From assembly GCA_028822585.1 (NCBI GenBank), contig JAPKDL010000005.1, positions 16,528 through 80,527 of the forward strand: a stretch of DNA of 64,000 nucleotides, read 5' to 3'. Below the pieces are notes generated by a model, which had not been told where the DNA came from, searched no databases, and saw only the letters and a program-made list of their open reading frames with translations. The position numbers and the translations under genes were made by a program. Shown one piece after another: positions 1 through 9,369 of the stretch. The first letter of the stretch is position 1; every line of letters begins with the position of its first letter. The DNA comes from Alphaproteobacteria bacterium. Its GTDB lineage: Bacteria; Pseudomonadota; Alphaproteobacteria; UBA8366; GCA-2717185.

Positions 1-360
1 GGCTGGTAGGTCCGCGCTGGACTTTTCTCAACGATTTAGTCTGACCCAATGCGGTGTGTCGCCAGCGAGAGTAATACGCCCTCGAATCCTGGGGGAAATC
101 TGCCCCGACTTGACTATCTTTTCACCCATAAGGCTATAAAAATAAAATATAATCGGTAACGCCCTCCTCGCGAAATCGATTAAATATCGGGAATTGCGGT
201 TCACCGTGTTCACTCAATTCGGCGTCGAGCCGGAATCGTCGAACAGCTACAAGCGATATATTAGGTAGGCCTCAATAAAGCGTCTGGCACACACACATCT
301 GAGGCGATAGCCTATCACATTCAACGAAATAGCGGCTCACATAACTTGAAAGATGATATC

Positions 361-1374
361 ATGGCGACGAATGACGACTGGCTTGCGCAGGTTCAGGAAG
401 ACACGATCGACCCGGGTCGCCCCATTTGCGACACACATCATCACCTTTGGGATTTCCGTGAGGGGCGAGTCGATAGCCGCTATCTAATGGAGGAACTCCA
501 GCTCGATTTACAGACCGGTCACAACATCGTCTCGACGGTGTTCGTCGACTGTCACGCCATGTACCGCGCCAGCGGCCCTGAAGAGATGCGCCCCGTCGGC
601 GAGGTCGAATTCGTTAATGGTGTGGCCGCCATGGCGGAGTCAGGCATGTATGGCGAGACGAAAGTCGCCGCCGGCATCATCAGCCACGCGAATTTAACCC
701 TGGGATCACAGGTGAAGGGCGTATTGGAAGCTTTAATTACCGCGGCACCCGATCGGTTTCGCGGCATTCGTCACAACGGCGCCTGGGACGCAGACCCAGG
801 CGTCGGAAACGCGCGCAACGTCACCGGCCCGGACTTGTACCTGGAGCCTAAATTTCGTGAAGGGTTCGCCGAACTCGAACCGCTCAGCCTTGTCTTTGAA
901 GGTGTCTGCCGCCATCCACAGCTTCCCAATTTCGTGGATTTGGCGCGCGCCTTTCCCAGCACGACTATGGTGTTGAACCATTTGGGCGGCGTCGCAGGCG
1001 TCGGCGTCTATGCAGGCAAACACGAAGAAATATTTAGTGAGTGGAAAAAGAGCATCGCCGATTTGGCTGCCTGCCCTAACATTATTATGAAACTCGGCGG
1101 CATCAATATGGAATACGCCGGTTTCGGTTGGCACGAAAAGCCCAAGCCCGCGACGAGTCAGGAACTCTGCGATGCAACGAAGCGTTATTACGAAACCGCC
1201 ATCGAACATTTCGGCCCCGACCGTTGTATGTTTGAATCGAACTTTCCCGTCGACAAGGTCAGCTGCAGCTATCACGTCTTGTGGAACGCCTTCAAGCGGA
1301 TCGCGAAAAATTATTCAGCCGAAGAACGCACCTTCCTGTTTCACGACACCGCCACGCGCGTTTATTCACTGTAA
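361..1374 (+). CDS. Amidohydrolase-2 family metal-dependent hydrolase (lactonase/decarboxylase-type TIM barrel), tandem paralog 1
   Basis: Track ORF 346..1374. It carries 'ICDTHHHLWDF' (N-terminal HxH metal motif), 'VLNHLGG' and 'CMFESNFPVDK'. I moved the start from TTG 346 to ATG 361 because 'MATNDDWLAQVQ' aligns with 'MAANDQWLAQIQ' of the next gene. Confidence 0.8.
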   Translation: MATNDDWLAQVQEDTIDPGRPICDTHHHLWDFREGRVDSRYLMEELQLDLQTGHNIVSTVFVDCHAMYRASGPEEMRPVGEVEFVNGVAAMAESGMYGETKVAAGIISHANLTLGSQVKGVLEALITAAPDRFRGIRHNGAWDADPGVGNARNVTGPDLYLEPKFREGFAELEPLSLVFEGVCRHPQLPNFVDLARAFPSTTMVLNHLGGVAGVGVYAGKHEEIFSEWKKSIADLAACPNIIMKLGGINMEYAGFGWHEKPKPATSQELCDATKRYYETAIEHFGPDRCMFESNFPVDKVSCSYHVLWNAFKRIAKNYSAEERTFLFHDTATRVYSL

Positions 1375-1388
1375 GGGAAAACGCAATC

Positions 1389-2402
1389 ATGGCGGCAAAC
1401 GACCAATGGCTCGCGCAAATCCAGGAAGATATCATCGACCCGGACCAACCCATCTGCGACCCTCACCACCATCTATGGGGCCATCGCGACGGCAATGTTG
1501 AACCGCGCTATCTGATGGAAGAGATTCAGCAGGACGTGCAAAGTGGGCACAACATCGTGGCCACGGTTTTCATTGAATGCAACGCCATGTATCGCATCAG
1601 CGGGCCCAAGGAAATGCAACCCGTGGGCGAGATCGAGTTCGTAAATGGCGTCGCCGCCATGGCGGAGTCCGGCGCATACGGCAAAACCAAAATCGCCGCG
1701 GGCATTATCGGATTTGCAGACTTGCAGCTTGGGTCGCGGGTGAAAGGCGTATTGGAAGCCCAGATCGCCGCCGCCCCCAACCGCTTTCGCGGCATCCGAC
1801 GCACCGGCGCCTGGGACGCGGACCCGGTGATCAGTAGTGGCGCCGGCGTGACGGGGCCAGGTCTGTACATGGACAATACATTTCGCGAAGGGCTGGCAGA
1901 AATTGCGCCCCTGGGTCTGATTTTCGAAGGAGTCTGCCGACATCCGCAGATTTCAGAGTTTCAAAATCTAGCCAACACCTTTCCTGATACCACAATGGTT
2001 TTGAACCACATCGGTAGCATCGCGGGCGTGGGACGTTACGCCGGAAAGCGAGACGAAATTTTCGAATCCTGGAAGAAGGACATGTTCAACCTCGCTACGT
2101 GCCCAAACGTCGTCGTGAAACTTGGCGGCATTAACCGGGATTACAACGGGTTCGGCTGGCATGAAAAACCAACGCCACCTTCCAGTCAGGAGCTTTGCGA
2201 GGCGACGAAACATTATTACGAAATCGTCATCGAATACTTTGGCGCGGATCGCTGCATGTTCGAGTCCAACTTTCCCATTGATAAAGTCAGTTGTAGCTAC
2301 GCCAGCCTGTGGAATTCATTCAAACGTGTGGCCGCGGATTGTTCAGCCAACGAACGCGCCCAACTTTTCCACGACACCGCAGCGCGGGTGTATCGGCTAT
2401 AG
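1389..2402 (+). CDS. Amidohydrolase-2 family metal-dependent hydrolase, tandem paralog 2
   Basis: Track ORF 1281..2402. The internal ATG at 1389 lies 14 nt after the paralog 1 stop and gives a colinear protein with 'ICDPHHHLWGH', 'VLNHIGS' and 'CMFESNFPIDK'. The 1281 start would overlap the upstream gene by 94 nt. Confidence 0.8.
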   Translation: MAANDQWLAQIQEDIIDPDQPICDPHHHLWGHRDGNVEPRYLMEEIQQDVQSGHNIVATVFIECNAMYRISGPKEMQPVGEIEFVNGVAAMAESGAYGKTKIAAGIIGFADLQLGSRVKGVLEAQIAAAPNRFRGIRRTGAWDADPVISSGAGVTGPGLYMDNTFREGLAEIAPLGLIFEGVCRHPQISEFQNLANTFPDTTMVLNHIGSIAGVGRYAGKRDEIFESWKKDMFNLATCPNVVVKLGGINRDYNGFGWHEKPTPPSSQELCEATKHYYEIVIEYFGADRCMFESNFPIDKVSCSYASLWNSFKRVAADCSANERAQLFHDTAARVYRL

Positions 2403-2406
2403 CCCC

Positions 2407-3663
2407 CTATTCCACAGCGCCTTTTATTGAATTCGGTGGGTTGATTTGTCGGTCGGGCACAATTGAATTCCCACCGAGATACTTCTCGTATTCGTCATCG
2501 CTGGCGCGGCAGATATCCCGCAGCATCCACAACGCCCGGCCAAACGTGGTTTCATTAAACAACCAATTCTCCACGCGCAGGCTAGCACCGTAGCCTGGCT
2601 GGGCGGTAATCGATTCGGTATAATACGCCTTCAAATCCTCGTAAGCGAGTTTCAGCACACGCCCTTTTTCTAAATCATCCCGTGGGGCGCGCGTGCTTTG
2701 ATCTTCCAGAAAATCCGCCAAAAATTTCGCCGCGGCCTTGATTTCGAGCCCGCTAGGCCCAACCGTCGTTCGGCCCCGCGAACGAACCGCCAAATCATAC
2801 CACGGCGCCAATCCATCGATTTCACCCAATAAGGCCTGGCCCAGCACGCTGGCGGGGGCGTTGGCGTCAGGAAGCTTCGGCAAGTCGATCGCACAGACCA
2901 TGCCGGTCATCGCATCTTCATCATATTCAACGCCGTCGTCGGGAACATCTTCCGTACAATCGATCAACACGGGTCCAGATTCCCGATCCAGCAATCCCAA
3001 CGCCGCCATCAACACGCGCGTTTGAAACGCGACATCGCCCGGCACGCCCAATGGCCGCCCCAGTTCGAACGGTACCCACAACGCGCGCGGCGGGTTCGTC
3101 TTTTCGGTATGGATGCGGATCAGGCTGATTTGCGTTGTCGCCAAGCCTTCTTCTTCAAATATAATAGCAAGCCCGCCAACGGCGCGCGTGCATTTCGGTC
3201 ATATGGGGACCAGTAGGACGGTGTCCACTCCGTCGGCCTTCATGGTCCTCGCCATGGCACGCGCCGACCCCGCCAAATCCGATGGGTGCGCGGCACCGGA
3301 AACCGTAAAATGGAAATCCGCGACCGATCCGATAACGCCATCATCAGCCAGTTCATGCAGACGTTCTATCGGAAAACAGACATTGAGATCCGCTTGAAAT
3401 CCAGTTCGGTCGAAGTTCACCGACGAGTGGGTCATCACCACCTCACCGGGATCAACATCGCCAGGGATCACGCGGTAATCCGTTGCGCCACGCTGATAAA
3501 CGGCGTCGTCACGTAAATTTAGCGCAGCGGTTGAAATCAGAGAAATGCGTCGTTCGCTAAGCGGCTTGGGCGTCACGAAAGGCGTACGTCCTTCGAACCC
3601 GGAACAATCCAATTCGATCATCATCTTCCGCTCACTCAGCGGTATCGTGTCCAGTCGCGCCAT
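2407..3663 (-). CDS. PrdB/GrdB-family reductase-like protein, candidate selenoprotein (track ORFs 3199..3663 and 2407..3144 joined through in-frame TGA 3199..3201)
   Basis: The two ORFs are in the same frame. Read-through gives '...DTVLLVPI-U-PKCTRAVGGLAIIFEEEGLATTQI...', a UxxC motif. 'DLNVCFPIERLHELADDGVIG' resembles clostridial PrdB as I remember it. The read-through product is 418 codons with no other stop. Confidence 0.75.
3167..3191 (-). promoter_or_regulatory. Candidate SECIS-like hairpin 7 nt downstream of the in-frame UGA
   Basis: mRNA 5'-GCACGCGCGCC-GUU-GGCGGGCUUGC-3'. It forms 9 Watson-Crick pairs with two internal mismatches, and the apical GUU loop lies about 20 nt after the UGA. 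It was folded by eye only. Confidence 0.35.
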
Positions 3664-3673
3664 ACCTACACCC

Positions 3674-4906
3674 TTAAAAATTATGTGTACGGCGCCATTG
3701 TCCCGCCAACTCCAAGACCCTGTCGATGTCTTCTTCGTTATTAAACATGTGCAACGAAAAACGAAGAATACCGCGTCGAATTGTCAACTGCACATTGTGT
3801 TCTGCTAGATAGTCATATAACGACTGCATCGCAGGATCATCCGTACCATCATGCTGACCGGTGCCGATTTCGCCCACTGCAACAAGGCCCGCCAGATGCG
3901 GCCCAGGTTCCCCGCCGCACACCGGCAGGCCAATATTTAAAAATCCACCCGCCAATCGATGGGCCAACGAGACAACGCGCGCCTCTACCTGGTCCGGTCC
4001 GATGTCCAACATCAATGTCAACGGTGGCCTGACCGCGGCCGCCGCCATAAAATTATAATTGCCCAAATCAAAGCGCCGCGCGCCGGGCATCAGCTTCCAA
4101 TCATCCCCGCCGAGTGCGGCTTCATGGGCACCTTCACCGAAATCAACACCGAACCGCGCCAAATAAGCCGGGGTCAAACGATTCGCCCAATCGTTCCGGC
4201 AATACAAAAAGCCCATGCCGTATAAACCCAACAAACCCTTTTGGGTGGAGACTGCCATGGCATCAATGTATTCCGCCGCGACATCGGTTTTCAAAACACC
4301 GACCGACTGCACCCCATCCACCAAAAACAACGCGTCATGTTCCCGACAGACCCGCCCAACGGCCGCCATGTCAGACCGGAACCCCGGTGCAAAAGTGACG
4401 CTCGACAAGGTCACCGCACGCGTATTACCGTCTATAGCGCTGATCATCTGGTCCACCGGCATGACGCCATCACCCGCCGATATTACGCGAAGCTCAACGC
4501 CAAACCGCCGCGCCGCGTGCCGCCACGGATAAACATTATTGGGGTGTTCCAAATCCAGGCACAGAACCGCGTTGTCGCCGGGGCGCCATTCGATGGCTGC
4601 GATTATCGCGTTCAATCCTTCGGAAACATTCTTAGTGATCGCGACTTCTTCCGCGCCTGCATTGATGAGTCGGGCAAAATCGCTCCGCGCGCCTTCAACC
4701 GCGTCGAACATCGCCGGTTTGTCACCCCCTTCATGCATGCGCGCATCCAGCATTGTATCGATCGCCGCACGGGAGTCCCGCATCAACAATCCACGCGCCG
4801 CCGTGTTCATGTAGGTGGATTCCACCGCACCCGGAAAGCGCTTTCGAATAGCTTCAAAATCCACGATTGCCGTACCATTCATCATAAAATCTCCCAAAAT
4901 ATACAT
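3674..4906 (-). CDS. Class V aminotransferase-fold PLP-dependent enzyme (cysteine desulfurase / selenocysteine lyase / epimerase-like)
   Basis: 410 aa. 'AVSTQKGLLGLYGMGFLY' is a PLP-lysine region typical of class V fold enzymes, and 'VYMNTAARG'-type N-terminus is present. The gene ends 10 nt before the PrdB-like start. The start could also be a nearby internal Met. Confidence 0.7.
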   Translation of the reverse strand: MYILGDFMMNGTAIVDFEAIRKRFPGAVESTYMNTAARGLLMRDSRAAIDTMLDARMHEGGDKPAMFDAVEGARSDFARLINAGAEEVAITKNVSEGLNAIIAAIEWRPGDNAVLCLDLEHPNNVYPWRHAARRFGVELRVISAGDGVMPVDQMISAIDGNTRAVTLSSVTFAPGFRSDMAAVGRVCREHDALFLVDGVQSVGVLKTDVAAEYIDAMAVSTQKGLLGLYGMGFLYCRNDWANRLTPAYLARFGVDFGEGAHEAALGGDDWKLMPGARRFDLGNYNFMAAAAVRPPLTLMLDIGPDQVEARVVSLAHRLAGGFLNIGLPVCGGEPGPHLAGLVAVGEIGTGQHDGTDDPAMQSLYDYLAEHNVQLTIRRGILRFSLHMFNNEEDIDRVLELAGQWRRTHNF

Positions 4907-4948
4907 TCAACCTAATACGGCGAATTATCCCATAAAACACCTGCCCGC

Positions 4949-5692
4949 TCAGGTCTTCGCGAACGCACGTTTCATTTCCTCACGATACGCGCGAATGCGT
5001 CCTGATAATCCTGGCGTACTAGCGGAATGAACCAAATCGGCCATATCGTCAGACCGGGTGTCCGCCGCTGTCGCACGGAATAACGCCGCTGTCGCCCTCA
5101 CCGAGATCGCTTCAGCCTCCTGACTAGCTTGATTAACGATCTTTGGCCACGCCACTTGATCTGCAACTTCAGTGGCAAAATTAAGGCGCGCCGCGTCTAC
5201 CCCATCAAAGGTTCGGCCCGCGTTTTGTATGTCTCTCGCTGCATCCTGGCCGACTCGCAAAACCAACCGCCTGGCACCGAGAACAATGCCAAAGGCGAGG
5301 CCCGGCATTCGAAATTTTACATCCGCCACGCTCACTCGACGGCTGCAGGCGCAAAACAAATCAGCCCCGGCACCAAAATTTCGACCATGCGCCAGAGCAA
5401 CTGTAGGCAGTGGCATGTGGTGCAACGTTTGCAACATCACCTCTATCCGCAACAACCGAAGAATAAGGTCTCCATCACTCAAGGAGTCGAAATCTGACAG
5501 ATCGAACCCGGAACACAGCGACTTGCCAGTTCCCTCGACAACTACAAGCCGCGTGCCATCCTCACTCGCATTCTGCAAGGCCTCGATCAACGCTTCGGTC
5601 AAGGCCGGGTTTAGCGCATTTGCGCGATCTGGTCTGTTCAACGTCAATCGCGTTCGACCACCTTCGCGCGTCACGGTTAATTCAGACGCCAT
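4949..5692 (-). CDS. Enoyl-CoA hydratase/isomerase (crotonase) family protein
   Basis: 247 aa. 'VVVEGTGKSLCSGFDLSDF' and 'HGRNFGAGADLF' are oxyanion-hole segments of crotonases. Confidence 0.8.
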   Translation of the reverse strand: MASELTVTREGGRTRLTLNRPDRANALNPALTEALIEALQNASEDGTRLVVVEGTGKSLCSGFDLSDFDSLSDGDLILRLLRIEVMLQTLHHMPLPTVALAHGRNFGAGADLFCACSRRVSVADVKFRMPGLAFGIVLGARRLVLRVGQDAARDIQNAGRTFDGVDAARLNFATEVADQVAWPKIVNQASQEAEAISVRATAALFRATAADTRSDDMADLVHSASTPGLSGRIRAYREEMKRAFAKT

Positions 5693-5734
5693 GTTTACTT
5701 CCTTTGTATAAAATCATCTTATCGCGCGTATGGT

Positions 5735-6781
5735 CTACCATTCGGTCGCGAACCCTTTGAAGGGCGACGCGATTTTTTGAATGTCCTGGACCAAATCAGG
5801 CGTTAGGTCTGGGGATGTATCCGGCGCCGCAATCGCGCTAACGGAATCACTTAACCCACCGAAACGATCTTCAATGGCCTTGGCGATTTCATCGTGGCGC
5901 CCCACGGCGGCGAACAGATGCACCACCTCATCTGACACTTCCGCCGCCATTTCATCCCATTTCCCCGCCTTCGACAACCGGTGTAGCTTGCCGCCAAGTT
6001 CGGTCAAACCATGCAGTTCGAACACCGGCCAATAGGTCCGCGTCGAACCGTAAAATGCTACACGGTACCTTACATATTCAAATATCTTGTCGACGGTTTC
6101 CTGATCCGGTCCAGTGACGATAAATCCGCCGCCAGAAATTTCAAAATTCTCCCGGGTCAAATTTGATTTTTCCAGCCCTTCGCCGACCCGTTTCATCACC
6201 ACTTCTTCCACGTAACGTCGGGTACAGAACGGATGCAATTGCGCGCCATCGCAGTATCGACCCGCCACCCGAAGCATCGCCGGACCCACCGCCGCAATGG
6301 TGATCGGCGTCATCGGCAAGTTAGTCTTCTCCGGTACAAAATGCGGTGTCATCAAGGTAAAGCGATAATGTTCACCAACGTAATCGAGCGGCTCCCCATT
6401 TTCCCAGCACCGCCAGATGGCGCGCAAGGCTTGGACATATTCCTTCATACGCGGCGCCGGCGGCGTCCAGGGTGCGCTGAACCGGCGTTCATTATGGCCT
6501 TTCACCTGACTGCCCAGCCCCAGCTTAAATCGCCCGCTCGACGCCAATTGCAGGTCATGCGACATGTTGGCCACTGCCATCGGGCTGCGCGCAAACGCGA
6601 TGGCGATGCCGGTCATCAATTGGACGCATTCCGTTGTCGTCGCTGCAATGGCGAGCGGCAGGAACGGGTTGTTCGAATTCTCCATCGTGCTGACGGCGTC
6701 GAACCCAGCCGCTTCCGCCGCTTGCGCTGCTGGCGTTGTCTGATTCAGGTTTTCTTGTTGCAACCCCGTGGTAACCCGCAT
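5735..6781 (-). CDS. Luciferase-like monooxygenase (LLM) family oxidoreductase, F420/flavin-dependent type
   Basis: 348 aa. 'GRFKLGLGSQVKGHNERRF' and the overall LLM-like layout were recognised by eye. Confidence 0.7.
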   Translation of the reverse strand: MRVTTGLQQENLNQTTPAAQAAEAAGFDAVSTMENSNNPFLPLAIAATTTECVQLMTGIAIAFARSPMAVANMSHDLQLASSGRFKLGLGSQVKGHNERRFSAPWTPPAPRMKEYVQALRAIWRCWENGEPLDYVGEHYRFTLMTPHFVPEKTNLPMTPITIAAVGPAMLRVAGRYCDGAQLHPFCTRRYVEEVVMKRVGEGLEKSNLTRENFEISGGGFIVTGPDQETVDKIFEYVRYRVAFYGSTRTYWPVFELHGLTELGGKLHRLSKAGKWDEMAAEVSDEVVHLFAAVGRHDEIAKAIEDRFGGLSDSVSAIAAPDTSPDLTPDLVQDIQKIASPFKGFATEW

Positions 6782-6850
6782 TGTCTAATTCCTCACGTTT
6801 GATATTATTCTCTCATATTCTAAAGTGTCGAAGTAGAGGGATCACGCACT

Positions 6851-7876
6851 ATGACCACAATGAAATATGGTTTGTTTGTCCGCAGCCAATACCCCGAAGG
6901 TGACGACATGGCCGTTCGCTTCGAAGAGCTTATGGTGCAGGCGCGGTTGGCCGAAAAAATCGGCTTCTCCAGCATCCTCAAAGGCCAGCACTACGCCGGA
7001 TACCCGTTGCAGGAATTACAGCAGGTGCCCTTCCTCGCCCGCGTCATGACCGAGTGTCCTTCCCTCAGCCTGATCACCGGCGTCGTATTGTTATCGCTAC
7101 ACAAACCTCTCGACATCGCCGAACAACTCGCGACCTTGGACATTATGTCGAAAGGCCGTCTGATCTTCGGTGCCGGGCTAGGGTACCGCGATGTTGAATT
7201 AAAGGCGTTCGGTACCAATATGGCGGAACGCGCCTCCCGGTTTGAAGAAAATCTGGACGCTATCATACAACTCTGGACCAACCCCCCGGTGACGATGAAG
7301 GGCTCGCATTTTGAACTCGACAATGTCACCCCGTCGAGCCGCCCGGTGCAAAAGCCGCGCCCGCCGATCTGGATTGGGGCCAATGCCGACGTTGCCGTGG
7401 AACGCGCAGCACGCCTGAGCGACGCCTGGTTCATCAATCCACACCAGCGTCTGGACACCATTGAACGCCAACTGGACGTCTACAAACGTGCCCTCGACGC
7501 CGCCGACAAACCCTTCCCCGACGAGCTTCCGCTAATGCGCGAATTATTCGTCGCCCCAACGCGGGAGGAAGCGAAACGTCTCGCCCAGCCCTACCTGGAA
7601 GAGAAGTACAAAATTTACGCCCAATGGGGCCAGAACAAAGCCATGCCGGATGGCGACAACGACCTCTCCATGACCTTCGACGAACTGGCCGATGGCCGCT
7701 TCATTTTTGGCTCTCCGGACGAAGTGACCGAACAAATCATACGCTTTAACAAAACCTTAGGTGCCAACCACCTCGTCTTTAGTCCACACTGGGTCGGCAT
7801 GCCCAATAACCTGGTTCTCGACATGATGAACATCATGGCCGAAGAGGTCCTGCCCCAAGTCGCGCAAGCGCTGTGA
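6851..7876 (+). CDS. LLM class flavin-dependent oxidoreductase
   Basis: 341 aa. 'SKGRLIFGAGLGYRDVELKAFG' and 'PPIWIGA' are typical of luciferase-like monooxygenases. The gene is divergent from 5735..6781. Confidence 0.75.
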   Translation: MTTMKYGLFVRSQYPEGDDMAVRFEELMVQARLAEKIGFSSILKGQHYAGYPLQELQQVPFLARVMTECPSLSLITGVVLLSLHKPLDIAEQLATLDIMSKGRLIFGAGLGYRDVELKAFGTNMAERASRFEENLDAIIQLWTNPPVTMKGSHFELDNVTPSSRPVQKPRPPIWIGANADVAVERAARLSDAWFINPHQRLDTIERQLDVYKRALDAADKPFPDELPLMRELFVAPTREEAKRLAQPYLEEKYKIYAQWGQNKAMPDGDNDLSMTFDELADGRFIFGSPDEVTEQIIRFNKTLGANHLVFSPHWVGMPNNLVLDMMNIMAEEVLPQVAQAL

Positions 7877-7895
7877 ACCCAACGTGGCACAGGGC

Positions 7896-9170
7896 CTATA
7901 GCACCGAAACAGCCGTCTTGAACGCCGCCAATGTTTGCGCGATATCGGCGTCGTCGTGGGCCAGTGAAGCGTAAAATTTCTTTGGACCCTTCAAGATACC
8001 GCTGCCCCGCAAGCTGGCGTTGAACCGCGCCGCCCGCGCCGCATCGGCAGTGAGCGCGCTGCGGTAATCGGTGACCGCACCATCGGTGAAGAATACGTCG
8101 AACATCGGCGGCTCGCCCACCACTTGCCCTGGGACACCCGCCGTCGCCAGCATGTCGCGCAAACCGTCCATCAAAATGCGCCCGGTCTCGAAAATTCGTT
8201 CATAGGCCCCGGGTCGCCGTAAAATCTCCAATGTCGCAAGCCCCGCGACGGCGGCAACCGGATTGCCGCTCAATGTACTAATTTGCACCATAAACTCATC
8301 GTTTGGGACCGTATCTTTGTCGAAATGAACCATGTAGTCCTCTCGCCCAGCGACCAGCGCCAACGGGAACCCGCCGCCGACGACCTTCCCCATCGCGCAG
8401 AGATCAGGCACGACACCATAATATTCCTGTGCACCCCCATAGGCGAAACGGAACCCGGTCACGACCTCGTCGTATATCAACGCGATCCCGCATTCCGTAG
8501 TCACGTCGCGCAGCGCTTGTAAAAACCCAGGCGCCGGTGGCATGAGCCGTTGCAAAGGCTCGACGATAACCCCCGCCAATTCATGCGCGTGGTCGCGGAT
8601 CAGACTGACCGCGGCATCCGCATCATTGAAAGGCGCAATCAACATCTCGTCCCGCACCCGTTGCGGAATCCCTGGCGTGTCCGGCGTGGCTTGCGGGAAA
8701 TTGCCGGGGCGTGCGGGCGCCATGCTCATCAGCGCATAATCATGCATGCCGTGAAAGCCACCCTCGAACTTCAAAATTTTGTCACGCTTGGTGTGCGTGC
8801 GCGCAACACGCATGGCGTAGAACGTCGCTTCCGAGCCGCTGTTGACAAAGCGCACCTTGTCGGCGCACGCCACCGCGTCCACGACTTCTGCCGCCAGTCG
8901 CACGCCGTGTTCATTATTGGCGAAATACGTGGTCCCCAGCGGGATTTGAGCCTGCACCGCCGCCGTCACCTCCGGGTGCGCATGCCCGACCAACATCGGC
9001 CCGGACCCCAAGAGATAATCGACATATTCCGCACCATCCATGTCCCAGACACGCCCGCCCTTGCCCGCGCGGATCATGACATCGACGCCAACATTGCCGA
9101 ACGATCCCCCCGGCAACACGCGCCGGGCCATATCCTGTAATGGTTCTGTCTCTTGAATTTCCGCACTCAT
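7896..9170 (-). CDS. Class III aminotransferase (glutamate-1-semialdehyde aminomutase-like paralog)
   Basis: 424 aa. It carries 'NSGSEATFYAMRVARTHT', 'FEGGFHG' and 'AMGKVVGGGFP' (PLP lysine region). Confidence 0.8.
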   Translation of the reverse strand: MSAEIQETEPLQDMARRVLPGGSFGNVGVDVMIRAGKGGRVWDMDGAEYVDYLLGSGPMLVGHAHPEVTAAVQAQIPLGTTYFANNEHGVRLAAEVVDAVACADKVRFVNSGSEATFYAMRVARTHTKRDKILKFEGGFHGMHDYALMSMAPARPGNFPQATPDTPGIPQRVRDEMLIAPFNDADAAVSLIRDHAHELAGVIVEPLQRLMPPAPGFLQALRDVTTECGIALIYDEVVTGFRFAYGGAQEYYGVVPDLCAMGKVVGGGFPLALVAGREDYMVHFDKDTVPNDEFMVQISTLSGNPVAAVAGLATLEILRRPGAYERIFETGRILMDGLRDMLATAGVPGQVVGEPPMFDVFFTDGAVTDYRSALTADAARAARFNASLRGSGILKGPKKFYASLAHDDADIAQTLAAFKTAVSVL

Positions 9171-9369
9171 TGCGCCGCCTCCCAGAACATATCAATCCAA
9201 AACCTCAATTTAAAGCGCCCCCGGCAAAAGGAAAACCCCCACAACACCCCATCACCTCCAAGCCATCGGTACGCTCGAAACCCTCAGAAAAAAGGCGTCA
9301 GCGGCAATTCGCAGCAGCGCCACTATCCAAAAACCCCTAAAATATTAACCCCAGATAATATTAGTTAGC

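Noticed and set aside
28-213. The 61-aa ORF at the left edge of the window.
   Set aside because: It has no recognisable motif, lies in an AT-rich promoter-like region upstream of the first amidohydrolase gene, and has an implausible composition.
733-1275. Many long ORFs in the track lie antisense or out of frame inside better-supported genes. Examples are 733..1275(-), 1473..1943(-), 4241..4915(+), 5172..5711(+), 6233..6802(+), 12896..13666(-), 13886..14506(-) and 15318..16034(+). Further examples are 17306..17935(+), 24255..24965(-), 27952..28578(-), 45635..46423(+), 50773..51399(-), 51406..51939(-), 59246..59893(-) and 60781..61347(+).
   Set aside because: Each is fully embedded in an ORF that carries clear family motifs on the other strand or frame. 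Their translations are Arg/Gly/Pro/Ala-rich and low in complexity, as expected for shadow ORFs in GC-rich coding DNA. None has a plausible RBS or start context that I could see.
1281-1388. Long N-terminal extensions offered by the ORF track: 1281 for paralog 2, 12623 for the helicase, 18682 for hyuA, 20797 for the DHDPS-like gene, 27749 for LctP, 35334 for PhyH and 41818 for the CoA-transferase.
   Set aside because: The extensions overlap the preceding gene or add non-homologous, Arg-rich leaders. Internal ATGs with RBS-like purine tracts give N-termini that match the family consensus or the paralog.
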